This document shows positions 1 to 10,808 of a stretch of 64,000 nt of DNA, one piece after another. The DNA lies in assembly GCA_951406725.2 (NCBI GenBank), contig OX597814.1, positions 204,538,001-204,602,000 on the forward strand, in the 5' to 3' direction. The stretch is from Octopus vulgaris. Taxonomy: Eukaryota. Numbering within the stretch: the first letter of the stretch is position 1; each line of letters starts with the position of its first letter. The notes beneath the pieces are model-generated. The model did not search any database and was not told the DNA's origin. It was given only the letters and a program-made list of their open reading frames with translations. Position numbers and translations under genes: made by a program.

Positions 1-8
1 TCTCCTAT

Positions 9-43
9 GTTTCCGACGAAGAGCTCCGCTCGAAACGTTAAAC
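9..43 (+). ncRNA. Minimal hammerhead-ribozyme-like motif (U4C core variant), Penelope-like remnant
   Basis: GTTT-CCGACGA-A-GAGC tcc GCTC-GAA-ACGT-T-AAAC: stem I, core, stem II and palindromic stem III. Confidence 0.65.
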
Positions 44-140
44 CCACCTTCTTCCCTTCCTTCATGAGCGTCCAATAATACTATATTTGCTCCACGTCCT
101 CGCGTTGTTGTGATTTCTCTTTGTGTTTTCATGTTTGTAT

Positions 141-190
<50 letters not shown>

Positions 191-191
<1 letters not shown>

Positions 192-844
192 TATAAGCAA
201 GGGCTAAAGAAGGTTATTCTAAAGCCAATATACTGATAATCCACGTTTAATCTACTTGCTACAGAAAGTTGAACTGAAATTCGGGCAACTAAACCTTTGG
301 AACCCTTAAATTTCGTTATCTCAATATTGAATCAATTTCGGAATTAACCACATAAGGGTTCGTTCGTCTTCAGTTAAGCTTACGAGAGAATATAAGTAAG
401 ATACTCACATGCGCCTCTGGAAAACAGCGGAAGCGAATAACACAAGCACATCTGAGTAACCCAATTATATCCAAAAATAAAAGTTCTTAGGTTAGTCTCA
501 GAACAACATGTTGACTTCCCGCCGCTACATATTGTAGTGGTTACAAGTCCCCCTGCAGCAAGCAGTAATCAATTTACTACTATTAAAAGGGATGAAGCCT
601 TTTTCTCTACAGAAAAAAACTCCATCAGGAATTGTGGCAGTATATTAAAAGAACCTTTACGGTTAAAAATTACAAATATGTTACAAGCAAGGGCTAAAGA
701 AGGTCATTCTAAAGCCAATATACTGATAATCTACGTTTAATCTACTTGCTACAGAAAGTTGAACTGAAATTCGGGCAACTAAACCTTTGGAACCCTTAAA
801 TTTCGTTATCTCAATATTGAATCAATTTCGGAATTAACCACATA
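191..844 (-). mobile_element. Probable Penelope-like fragment with partial tandem pLTR (191-354 repeated at 681-844) and a hammerhead motif at 320-378
   Basis: Near-identical ~164 bp direct repeat at offset 490. Minus strand reads CTTAA-CTGAAGA-imperfect stem II-GAA-ATTGATTCAAT-A-TTGAG. Flanked by (TA)n. Confidence 0.6.
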
Positions 845-959
845 TATATATGTGACGTCATAAAGCGTAAACAACAGGCTATATGAAATACAGAGTAAAA
901 GTCAACATGTCCACTGACATGAAAACCGATAGGTCAAATATTTTGATAACAAGCGATGC

Positions 960-1580
960 GTGACATCGGTGTATGAGATTAACGGTCAAAAACTTGTAGC
1001 AGGAAAGTCTTCATCCAGTCTACAAGAAACAACACAAATGCTAAGTATATTCATTTCTTGAAAATGAAACTGTAAAAGTTTGTAAACGTCGAATATGAGT
1101 TCGATGAAGAGCGATTGAATCAACGTCTTCACGAAAACCCGCGTCAAATGGCCAGAGAATTGGCGGAACAGACAGATTGTGATAAAAAAAAACTGTGGTG
1201 AAGTACCTTCCCTCAGTGGGCAAGGTTCATCGAACTCAGTTGGCCGACCGGTCTGTGATCCGTCCTTGAGGTCAAAATTCCTACTTTTGAAGCACGAAAC
1301 CCAACTGCTCCTATTCCGTACACAGCACAACTCTCACGAGCAGCTTCGGCGGGCTCAACACCGCGATTAAAGGCAAAAGGCAAATAATGTCGAAAATGCT
1401 GTTTTGTCTACTTCACTTTCCATTCTAATGATCTGAAAATACACAAAAATCAGTAAAATTAAAAAAGCAAAAAAAAAAAAAAAATTCCCTTTCATACATC
1501 ATAAAACATTTTGCCAATGCGTTTTATTTCTGCGTGCATTTTTAAATTTGAAGCAAACGCTCATGAATTATTCCTCAATC
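960..1580 (-). mobile_element. Degenerate mariner transposase 5' fragment
   Basis: Minus-strand FKSRNFDLKDGSQTGRPTEFDE resembles the mariner HTH-region F..GDFDL.D.PRSGRP. Frameshifted MESEVDK...FAFNRG start near 1423. Confidence 0.75.
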
Positions 1581-2304
1581 CATATTTTGAACTAGTCGGA
1601 TGCACTGCGATTTCCATGTAGTGTTCGAAAGTTTAGCTTGTTATTTTCTTTATGATACAGTTGAAACATTATCGCCAGGAGCTTCCATTTACCTTCTTGC
1701 AACGTTCAGAAAGTCGGCAATTTTTAAATCTTTGCGTTCCGCGCGTATGGCAACAATGAATGTCTTTTCGTTTGTTATGTTAGCATTTTATTTGCCATGG
1801 GGTATCCGAAAGAAATTGAATCCTTTCAATTGGTTTGAAGAGAGTAATATACTGATAATTAAGTGTCTTCAGAAGCACCCCCAAAGACTTTGTATAGACA
1901 CACAAACACACACACACATTATACATACACAAACATAAATACACAGACACACATGTATTTTTGCGTGCATGTGTAAACGATAGACACACATACATACACA
2001 CGCACACACATTATACATATACAGATACACGCATGTATTTTTGTGTGCGAGTGTAAAAGACACACACATACACACACATACACACACGGTTATAATCCAT
2101 CCCTCGTAAATACGTGTGATTGACATGACCAGATAAAGGGCGAAGTGGTCCAACCAACCAAACAGCAACCAAAATGACGCCCATCCTTATCTTAACCTAG
2201 AAGCAGCCGAAAAAGATTTTCTTAGTTGCTTGTAGGTCATCACTTTCCTCAGAAGAATCTGCGTACATTGTTGAACACCCATGTACATGAGGTTGTACAC
2301 ACAC

Positions 2305-2356
<52 letters not shown>

Positions 2357-2432
2357 ACACACACACACACACCACATGTATATAGATATATGTATGTGTG
2401 TATATACATATGTGCGTGTATGTATGTGTATG

Positions 2433-2492
<60 letters not shown>

Positions 2493-2629
2493 CGTATGTC
2501 TTTTTCCTTAAAACCTGTTTAAATTATATGTATGTATATACATATTTATCTTTCTATATATATGTATGTATATGTATTTATATCTATGTATATGCGTGTG
2601 TGTGTGCGTGTTGACCATATAGACACAAA

Positions 2630-2697
<68 letters not shown>

Positions 2698-3227
2698 CAT
2701 GTGTGTATATTTATTTGTATGTTTGAAGATATCTGTATGTGCGCGAGAGGGGCTAAATAAATTGGATAAGAAAGCAATTACAAATCCTGTCACGTGTTGT
2801 TCAAGTAGTTTTTCCTTTTTTAATTGGGCGGGAGTTTAATAATGACAGGAAATGTATTCTTGTGATCAGCACGAATACAAGTTGGTTGGAATCATACAAG
2901 TGCTTAGACGTCGCTGATATAACCAGAAAGCCATAGAATAACTTGGCGGCTAAACTGCTGACAGCGAAAAACCTTTGTCTTTAGAGAAATACCAGTTTGA
3001 AATTTTTGGCAGCAGTTTCAGGAAGGGAGCTAGAGGATTACATTGACTCCAGTACTCAGCCGGTACTTAATTCATCGATCCCCGAAAGGAGAAAAAGCAA
3101 ATTCGACCTCGGGTCAATTTGAATGCAGAACGAAATGCTGTTAAGCATTTTACTCGGCGTGCTTAACGGTTCTTCAGCATCGCCACCTTATCCTTAGAGA
3201 TATATTGATTTCTAATATTTATTGAGT

Positions 3228-3529
3228 GGAGGCATATGGCCTAGTGGTTAGAGCAGCGGACTCGCGGTCGAGGGATCGCGGGTTCGAATCTCAGGCCGGG
3301 CGATGCGTGTGTTCATGAGCGAAACATCTAAGCTCCACGCGGCTCCGGCAGAAGGTAATGGCGAACTTCTGCTGACTCTTTCGTCACAACTTTCTCTCAC
3401 TCTTTCCTCCTGCATCTTGTAGCTCACCTGTGACGGACCGGCGTCCCATTCAGGTGGGGAACCTATACGCCGCGGAAACCGGGAAACCGGCTCTTATGAG
3501 CCAGGTATGGCTCGAGGAGGAACAAACAA
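3228..3529 (+). mobile_element. tRNA-derived SINE, family B
   Basis: A/B boxes TGGCCTAGTGG...GGTTCGAATC. Related heads at ~5697-5940(+), 14195-14569(+), 16228-16545(+), 31709-32089(-) and ~50690-50980(-). Confidence 0.8.
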
Positions 3530-3542
3530 TATTTATTAAAAG

Positions 3543-5533
3543 GCCACATTGTTATGTGAAGTTTGGGTTCTAATGGGATAGACAACCAATATGAAAGCCA
3601 TTGTTATTGTTTATTGGATCCAGCCAGTGATGGTGTGATTTCTTCAAGGGTTGGAATTGGATGGTACTCTCTTTTTAATGCCTTGTTCAGGTCCCTTGGG
3701 TCGAGGCATATCCGTAGGGTACCATTGGGTTTTTCCTTGATCACAATTGAATTCACCCAGTCTGTTGGTCGTGTCACTTTGGTGATTATTTCTTTTTTTC
3801 CCATTCTGTCCAACTCTGTCTTCAGCTTCTCTTTTAGTTCTAGAGGGACGCGGCGAGGTGGGTGAACAATTGGTTTGATATTGGGGTCGACTGTTATATG
3901 GCATCGACATTTCACAAAGCACCCGACTGTATCGTCAAAGCATTCAGGGTACATGCTTATCAGTTCCTTTTTGTTTGTGATTTGTGGTCGGTCTTTGATA
4001 GGCATATCTCTGTCAATCCTGCTTGGAGCTGCTTTCACTTCAGCACTGATTGATACAATATTTAGCTTTTTGCAGGTATTGAGTCCAAGAATTGCTGGCC
4101 CTTCTGTTCTTGTGACATAAAAATAACACTTGATTGTTTTTCCTTTGTGTGTCCGTATGATAGTTGTTTTACCCAGTTGTGGAATCCTGGTACCTCCGTA
4201 CGCAATGAGGATTATATCACTTGGTGTGAGGATTCCTTCTTTGACTTTATCCCCTTCTGTCATGTGTTCTGGGAACATCTTTTTGTAGAGGTTGACAGGT
4301 AAGATATTACTCTGGGCTCCAGTGTCAATCTTCAGCCTTAAGTCAATGTTTATTCGTTTCTTACCAGACTTCTTTTGTATTCTTATTGTTGTGTATGCCT
4401 CATTTTTTCTCTGGTCGTCATTTCCCATCTCATGTACATTTATTGTGCCGACTGCCAAGAATTCCTCCTCTGAGGTGTTTTGTTCTTGTTGTTGGGCATG
4501 TATATCCCTTCTTCTATTTCCGCTCCTCTTTGAAAATTGGGGCTTGTTTTTCTGGGATTTTGTTAACCTACACATTTTTTCCCAGTGGTTAAGTTTTCCA
4601 CATGCTTTGCAGTGTGTACCGAATGCAGGACATTTCTTCCGGTTATCGAACTCATGCTCTGTACCACAGTACTGGCATGTTCTTTGTTTGCGGGTATGTT
4701 TTGTCCTGTGCCTAGATACAATATCTGCATGGCTGCCTAGTGAGCTTGTTTGTAAGGTAAGTGAGCCCATTTGTTTGGTAGTGGCTTCGAATGCTCTTAT
4801 AATGTCTACTGCTTCTATCAACTGGAGAGCGTCCTTACCTATGAGGGATTCCTGAACTTCCCATGTTAGTTGATCAACGATTCTTTCGTCCTTATTTTTG
4901 AATTTGCATTTTTCGGCAACATTCGTTAGTCTGGACAGGAAATTGTCAATCGTTTCTTGTGGGTCTTGTTTCAGGCCCTAGAATTCGTATCTGTGAATTC
5001 TATGGTTCGATCTGGGCTCTAGGTGCCTTTCAAATTTCTTTAAAAGTGTGTCTGGGTTATTGCAATCCGATTCTGACATATTCCGGCTATTGAATAGGTC
5101 TAGACCTTTATTGCCCGTCCATAATAGGATATAGCTTACCTTCTCATCGTCGGTTGTGCCTTTCAGGAAACTTTTGAAAGCTAGTTGAGTTTTCTGTTTG
5201 AATTTCTTAAATGCTTCTACGACATCAACGGAATCCCAGTTCATAATCGGATGTAGATTCATCTGTACGGCGACGGGGGTCGCCATCTTGGATCGTCGTG
5301 TATGTGCGTCCCCGAAGACGAAGCGATGTTTTGTTTGTTAAATTCCTGGTTCGTTGTGTTTCTGTTTTGTTGTAAAGGCAGTTTCCGATTAATTATTTAC
5401 CGCTGCCACATTGTTATGTGTAGTTTGGGTTCCAATGGGACAGACAACCAATATGAAAGCCATTGTTATTGTTTTACGTGTTTATTAACTATTCATGTTA
5501 CACGGACTTGTCAACATTCAGCGTAGTAATACA
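3543..5533 (-). mobile_element. Internally deleted Ty3/Gypsy LTR retrotransposon (5' LTR 5412-5533, partial LTR copy 3550-3612)
   Basis: 122 bp TG...CA LTR, adjacent PBS-like TGTGGCAGCGGT (tRNA-Leu-like 3' end), and a gag-pro-RT frame downstream. Confidence 0.9.
3604..5286 (-). pseudogene. Gypsy gag-protease-RT(N-term) frame with one in-frame TAG at 4978-4980, truncated in RT
   Basis: ORFs 4978-5286 and 3604-4821 share a frame. Two Cys/His knuckles (CQYCGTEH...C, CKACGKLNHWEKMC), protease LKIDTGAQSNILP, RT start PRRVP...EKPNGTLRICLDPRDLNKAL. Confidence 0.92.
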
Positions 5534-5983
5534 TTTTATACTTTACACACAGTTTGTACTGTTCACTAACAAAATTGTGCCAAAAGTGGGGATGTATTCT
5601 ATACAAGTGTGCCAACGTATACACACATATTTGAATGTGTAACACACATATTTAGGGTGAGGACAGCCGATGAAATCGGCCCAGTACGTGACTATGAGGG
5701 CGCATTGCTTTGTGGTTAGGGTATTGACTCACGATCGCAAGCTCGCGGTTTCGATTCCCCGACCGGGTGGTGTGTTTTGTTCTTGAGCAAAACACCTCAT
5801 TTCACGTTCTTCCACCCCACTCAGCCATAAACAAGTAACCCCGTGATAAACTGGCCTCCTGTTCAGGGGGAATGTTATGATCTCGGTCACTTACACATCG
5901 TGGAAACTGGGCAATCGGCCCTGAGCCCTAGAACTCGAGTCACTAATATCTATGGGACGAGGTGATGGTGGTGGTGGTGGTGG

Positions 5984-6019
<36 letters not shown>

Positions 6020-6505
6020 CGACGTTGTACTTGGCTCGTACTTTATTTATTTCACCGACTCTGCAATTTTGAGGGAAGGAGATTTATTCGAATACAATGA
6101 CCCCAGCCTTAGATTGGTTCTTCATTTCATCGACCCTGGAAGGATTTGACTTGGCAGGATTTGAACTTACAACGTAAAGAGTCAAAAGGAATACTGCATG
6201 GCAGTTTGCTACACGTTCTAATGATTCCAATCCACTGCTATGTCGACCCCGTAATAATGACGTGATTTGAACTCGGATACATTCTTTTAAAGTATCTAGA
6301 ACAAACATAGTTATTCGTGAAAGCGGAAGTGAAGGAGTGAACGGGGAAATAACCGTGAAAATGTATTTAGTTATGACGCCGGAGAACTCCTGCAATTTGC
6401 AAAGACCTGTTTCGAAGTAGTTTTGTTTCGATTGTAGCATGAATCCGGTTTAGATTCGAATCATAGTTCTCAGATTCTTCCTGTCTAGAATTATGACATA
6501 ATATA

Positions 6506-6897
6506 CAGGGTGTTTCAAAAGTCTATGTCACATTCTACGTATGTTCTCTTTGCTGGGCACAAACACCCCTCTTCCTTAAATTTTGCAATACCAATTTAAA
6601 ATGGAACGTCTGTCTGGTGCCTGCTTGGTAAACATTGTACGAAATTTGCGTTGAACTCGTGTCCGTGGATACAGTTTTAGCGTATTCCAGCGACTTTTCT
6701 TGTTTTGTGAATGGCATTACTGGATCTGAAAAGAGACAAGAAACAAAATTCAATTAAACTAATTAAGTTAAAATTAAATTAACAGAAGGAAACTTGACAC
6801 TTTTCGCTTTTAAATGTTACCAGTTCAATCATGCTACCGTTTGTAGTTCATGATATAAGAGTTCTTAGAATGTGATATAGACTTTTGAAACACCCTG
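6506..6897. mobile_element. Tc1/mariner-type non-autonomous element
   Basis: ~31 bp TIRs CAGGGTGTTTCAAAAGTCTATGTCACATTCT / AGAATGTGATATAGACTTTTGAAACACCCTG. TA on the left flank. Confidence 0.85.
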
Positions 6898-7060
6898 TTT
6901 TTCTATAAAAGAAAAAAAGATTTACCTTAAAAGTTATTAACGGTCATACGAATCAGAGGCGTAGACAGACCCTAAAGTTAGCGGGAGCGAGCACGTTAAA
7001 CAAAAGGCAATTTTAAACTCATTTCTCTTATATTACGCGAAATATTTCATTAGTTATAAT

Positions 7061-7226
7061 CGAAGTCGGCCCTAGGGTTGCTGGCGCCCCGGGCAAGGTG
7101 AACTTCGGCGTGTAGAAGCTGACAGTCGTGGAACTGTTCTTGTCTTTGTCAAGCCCTCCTTGGGGCCCCGTAGCACATGGCGCCCCGGGTGACTACCCGT
7201 GTTGCTGATACCTTGAGCCGGCCCTG
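7061..7226. mobile_element. hAT-type MITE
   Basis: Perfect 8 bp TSD GTTATAAT (7053-7060, 7227-7234). Right end GCCGGCCCTG with a degenerate left TIR. Internal GGCGCCCCGGG subterminal motifs. Confidence 0.75.
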
Positions 7227-8337
7227 GTTATAATATAGGTAACTGTATTCTACATTCAATAATTTCATGTTTCATTATGTATGAAACTTACAACTGCTGA
7301 TATAGATGTAACATGAAGCTACACGGTATCGTTGAGTGCTGAAAGGTTATGATGTCAGGGTTTGTTTTGGATCTTCACCCACCAACATATCACAGGAGAT
7401 TGAGCAAACAGTTCAAAAACCACGGGAGGCCGATCAAATAAAGTAATGACTCCAGAAAGTTCTTCCAAGGTCATGGGGGTAACGAAAAAAAAAATCGACT
7501 TTCGTCGATTAACTAAAGGCGCCAATTTTGAAAAATATGCTCAAGGAAATGGGCCACTCCCCTTGTTTCCCAATTAGCTACACCACTGATATATATATGA
7601 TCTGATTCAATCAGCATTGGACAGTCTTATTCACAAACTTGAACTAGTTGTGTCAATCACCAAATATTCATCATATTAATTCATAATGCTCTCTGCCACA
7701 TTCACAATATTAATTCATTGGACGTGTAGCTGTAAACTAAGCATGGCAGGTAAACAATATATTCCTTTCTGTTATAGACACAAGGCCTGAAACTTTGGGG
7801 GCTGAGAGTAGTCGATTACATCGATCCAAGTGCTCAACTGGTAATTATTCTATCGACCCCAAAATGATTAAAGGCAAAGTCGACCTCAGCAGAATGACGG
7901 ACAAAAGGGCGCCAAGCATTTTAGTCGGCGCGCAAACGATTCTGACAGTTCGTTGCTTTAGGTAAATAATATATTGAGAAACTCAAATTTTTGTGCAGAT
8001 AGTTTCAAAACTACCTATGTGACAATGAGAACAGCTAAAGAAAATAAAACTACTAACCGCACTAAACTATCAACATTTCTTTGAAAAAAAAAAAAAAAAA
8101 AAGAAAAGCTACCGTTGTTTCTGCATACAACAAAAGTGGGAAATTTTATAAAATGAGATTCAGTAATAGACGAACGTCTAGGATTACCAAAGCAGCAAGT
8201 GCCTATGTTATACGTAAGCTACTGAATTCACAAACGCTCATATATAGTTTCCACGACTGAGGACAGCGAAATTTAATACCAATTGAATTTCAGTGTCATT
8301 TTGTAGAAATACTACAAATATTATATCTAAAACTGAG

Positions 8338-8548
8338 ACGGCGAGCTGCCAGAAACGTTAGCATACCGGACAAAATGCTTAGTAGCTTTTCTTCCGGCTT
8401 TTCGTTCTGAGTTCAAATTTCAGGTCGACTTTGCCTTTCATCTCTTGGGGCCAATAAAGTAAATACCCGTCAAGCATTGGAATCAATGTGATCGATTTCC
8501 CCTACTTCCCACAAATTTCAGGTTTTGTACCTAAAGTAGAAAGGATTA
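8338..8548 (+). mobile_element. SINE family C with a Nin/Deu-like central domain
   Basis: GGCGAGCTG.CAGAAACGTTAGCA...GAGTTCAAATT...GTCGACTTTGCCTTTCATC. Other copies at ~3020-3190(-), 7765-7960(-), 18730-18950(+), 21740-21930(-), 25563-25795(-) and 38231-38463(+). Confidence 0.75.
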
Positions 8549-8707
8549 CTTCTAGAAGCCAGTTAAAGCCAATGAGTTATTTTAAAAGTTATTTATTGTC
8601 AAAAGTTATTTCAAAGCCAAGCTAATATTGCAAGGATAATGATAATAATAACAATTTAGATATATTCAAAAGTTAGAGTCACTCAAGAATATCATATTTA
8701 TAAATTT

Positions 8708-8791
8708 AGTTGGCATTGACTTCGAAGTTTCGGCTTACTTGCTGTCATCTGATGATAACTAGCAAGTCGAAATTTTGAAGTCACTATAACT
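8708..8791. ncRNA. Palindrome centred on a hammerhead core (two back-to-back partial hammerheads)
   Basis: TGACTTCGAAGTTTCGGCTT...TCATC-T-GATGA...AGTCGAAATTTTGAAGTCA. Confidence 0.5.
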
Positions 8792-8829
8792 TATTTTTCG
8801 TTAAAAAAAATTATGCATGCATAATTTAT

Positions 8830-9522
8830 GGTGAAGCACGACCTTTGAACGTTGGGTCCCACAAAGGCAATAACATGAGACCGAGACCTCTGGAGATATG
8901 CTGTGATTGAGAAGACCCGGCGAGTAAAGTGAGGTCACAGTCGTAGCTTATACCAATGTCGCATAACCAGCCCATTAAAAAAATACCTTTGAATCGTCGG
9001 GCGACATACCTTGCTTGAGGAGACCTATTGAGTCAAGTAAAATCAAAAGTCAAAATCAGAATCTCAATCGAATCGAAATCAAAAACAGAAATTGTAGTTG
9101 TAGCCGATGCCATTGCCGCCTGACTGGCTCCCATGTTGGTGGCACGCAATAAGCACAATTCATGCGTGGGTCATTGCCAGTGCCATCTGACTGGCTCCCC
9201 GTACCGGTGACACATAAAAATCATCATCCGAACCTGGCCGATGCCAGTGCCACCTGACCGGCTCCCGTGCCAGTAGCATGTAAAAAGCACAATCCGAACG
9301 TGGCCGATGCCCAGCCCACCTGACTGGCTCCTATGCTGGGGGCACATAAAAAGCACCCACTACATTCTTGGAGTGATAGACATTAGGAAGGGCATCCAAC
9401 TGTAGAAACTCTGCCAGAGCAGATTGAGCCTGGTGCAGGCGCTGGATCTCCAGACCTCAGTCAAATAGTCCAACCCATGCCAGCATGGAAAACGGACGTT
9501 AAACAATGATGATAATGATGAT
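8830..9522 (+). mobile_element. RTE-clade LINE 3' end (ORF terminus, tandem-repeated 3' UTR, (GAT)n tail)
   Basis: Homologous to the 3' end of the RTE ORF at 36424-36660. Repeated ~60 bp GGCAC(G/A)TAAAAAGCACC units, ending GGACGTTAAAC(GAT)n. Confidence 0.8.
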
Positions 9523-9852
9523 ATACATATGCATACATACTCTCTCTTTCTCTCTCTCTCCCCTCTATCTCTCTCTCTCACACACACACACACACAGACT
9601 CACACACGCTTAAAAGCTTAGTCGTCACTCGTGATCGAATGATATCTGAGAGTCTGTAGCACACTTTTGCTAGATGTTTAAGGCGCCTGTGTAGTCACGA
9701 ACAGACAGTGGAGCACCGTGGATGTCACAAGCTAGAAGGAGAGAGAAAGGGATGCACCATCTCAAGACTGCAACTTATTTACAGAAGTGTAGACCGTCGG
9801 TGTATATGTATTTGCTTGTATGCGCTCGTGTGTATGTGTCTCTCTACACTCA

Positions 9853-9922
<70 letters not shown>

Positions 9923-10105
9923 TACACACATACACACATGCACACAACACACACATGTGAGTGTGTCGTGTGTTGCAAGTCAAGGCGCTGCGGCCTAGGG
10001 ATTAAGGTATTGGGTTCGGGATTCTATGGTCATGGGTTCAATTCTCGAACCAAGCATGTGTTGTATACTTGAACAGGGCAATTCATATCGTGCACGCATA
10101 CACAT

Positions 10106-10500
10106 AGGAGTGGCTGTGTGGTAAGTAGCTTGCTTACCAACCACATGGTTCCGGGTTCAGCCCCACTGCGTGGCATCTTGGGCAAGTGTCTTCTGCTATA
10201 GCCTCCGGCCGACCAGAGCCTTGTGAGTGGATTTGGTAGACGGAAACTGAAAGAAGCCCGTCGTATATATCTATATATATGTTTATATGTATATGTGTGT
10301 ATGTGTGTGTGTTTGTCCCCCTAGCATTGCTTGACAACCGATGCTGGTGTGTTTACGTCCCCGTAACTTAGCGGTTCGGCAAAAGAGACCGATCGAATAA
10401 GTACTAGGCTTACAAAGAATATGTCCTGGGGTCGATTTGCTCGACTAAAGGCGGTACTCCAGCATGGCCACAGTCAAATGATTGAAACAAGTAAAAGAGT
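10106..10500 (+). mobile_element. tRNA-derived SINE, family A, with an internal TA/TG microsatellite
   Basis: GGAGTGGCTGTGTGGTAAG...GGTTCAG.CCC head, CTTGGGCAAGTG CORE-like segment, GTAAAAGA tail. At least ten copies in the window. Confidence 0.85.
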
Positions 10501-10808
10501 ATATACTTATACGAACAATAATAAATTCAGTGATAATAAACTAATTACACTAATTACACTAATTACACTAATTACAATGTTAAGTATAACTGCATACCCA
10601 TACCCAAATACAAGGTTAATTAATTTTAGATAGTGCGGGTCAGTAGCAAAGACTGTCTGAGAAGCAGCTATACTGGTTTTATAACGCCTCTAACGATTGG
10701 TCGCTTGTCATACGAGAAGTAATGACCACATCTCGCTCAAATTATATCCCATCCTTAAGAAAGAACATAATTTGTAGCAAATCCCTGCCTCAATTTGATC
10801 TGTTTTCA

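Noticed and set aside
1780-2777. Many overlapping CV, YI and HT-rich ORFs here and at similar tracts
   Set aside because: Dinucleotide microsatellite artefacts.
3228-3300. tRNA genes at SINE heads (also 14195, 32089 and family A heads)
   Set aside because: A and B boxes are present but each continues into a multi-copy SINE body, with no complete cloverleaf or terminator.
9674-9810. Cys-containing frame CLRRLCSHEQTVEHRGCHKLEGERKGCT... as an upstream stabilin exon
   Set aside because: It follows a plausible acceptor but lacks the expected CC.G..GP.C motif and a convincing donor. The exon preceding 14769 was not found.
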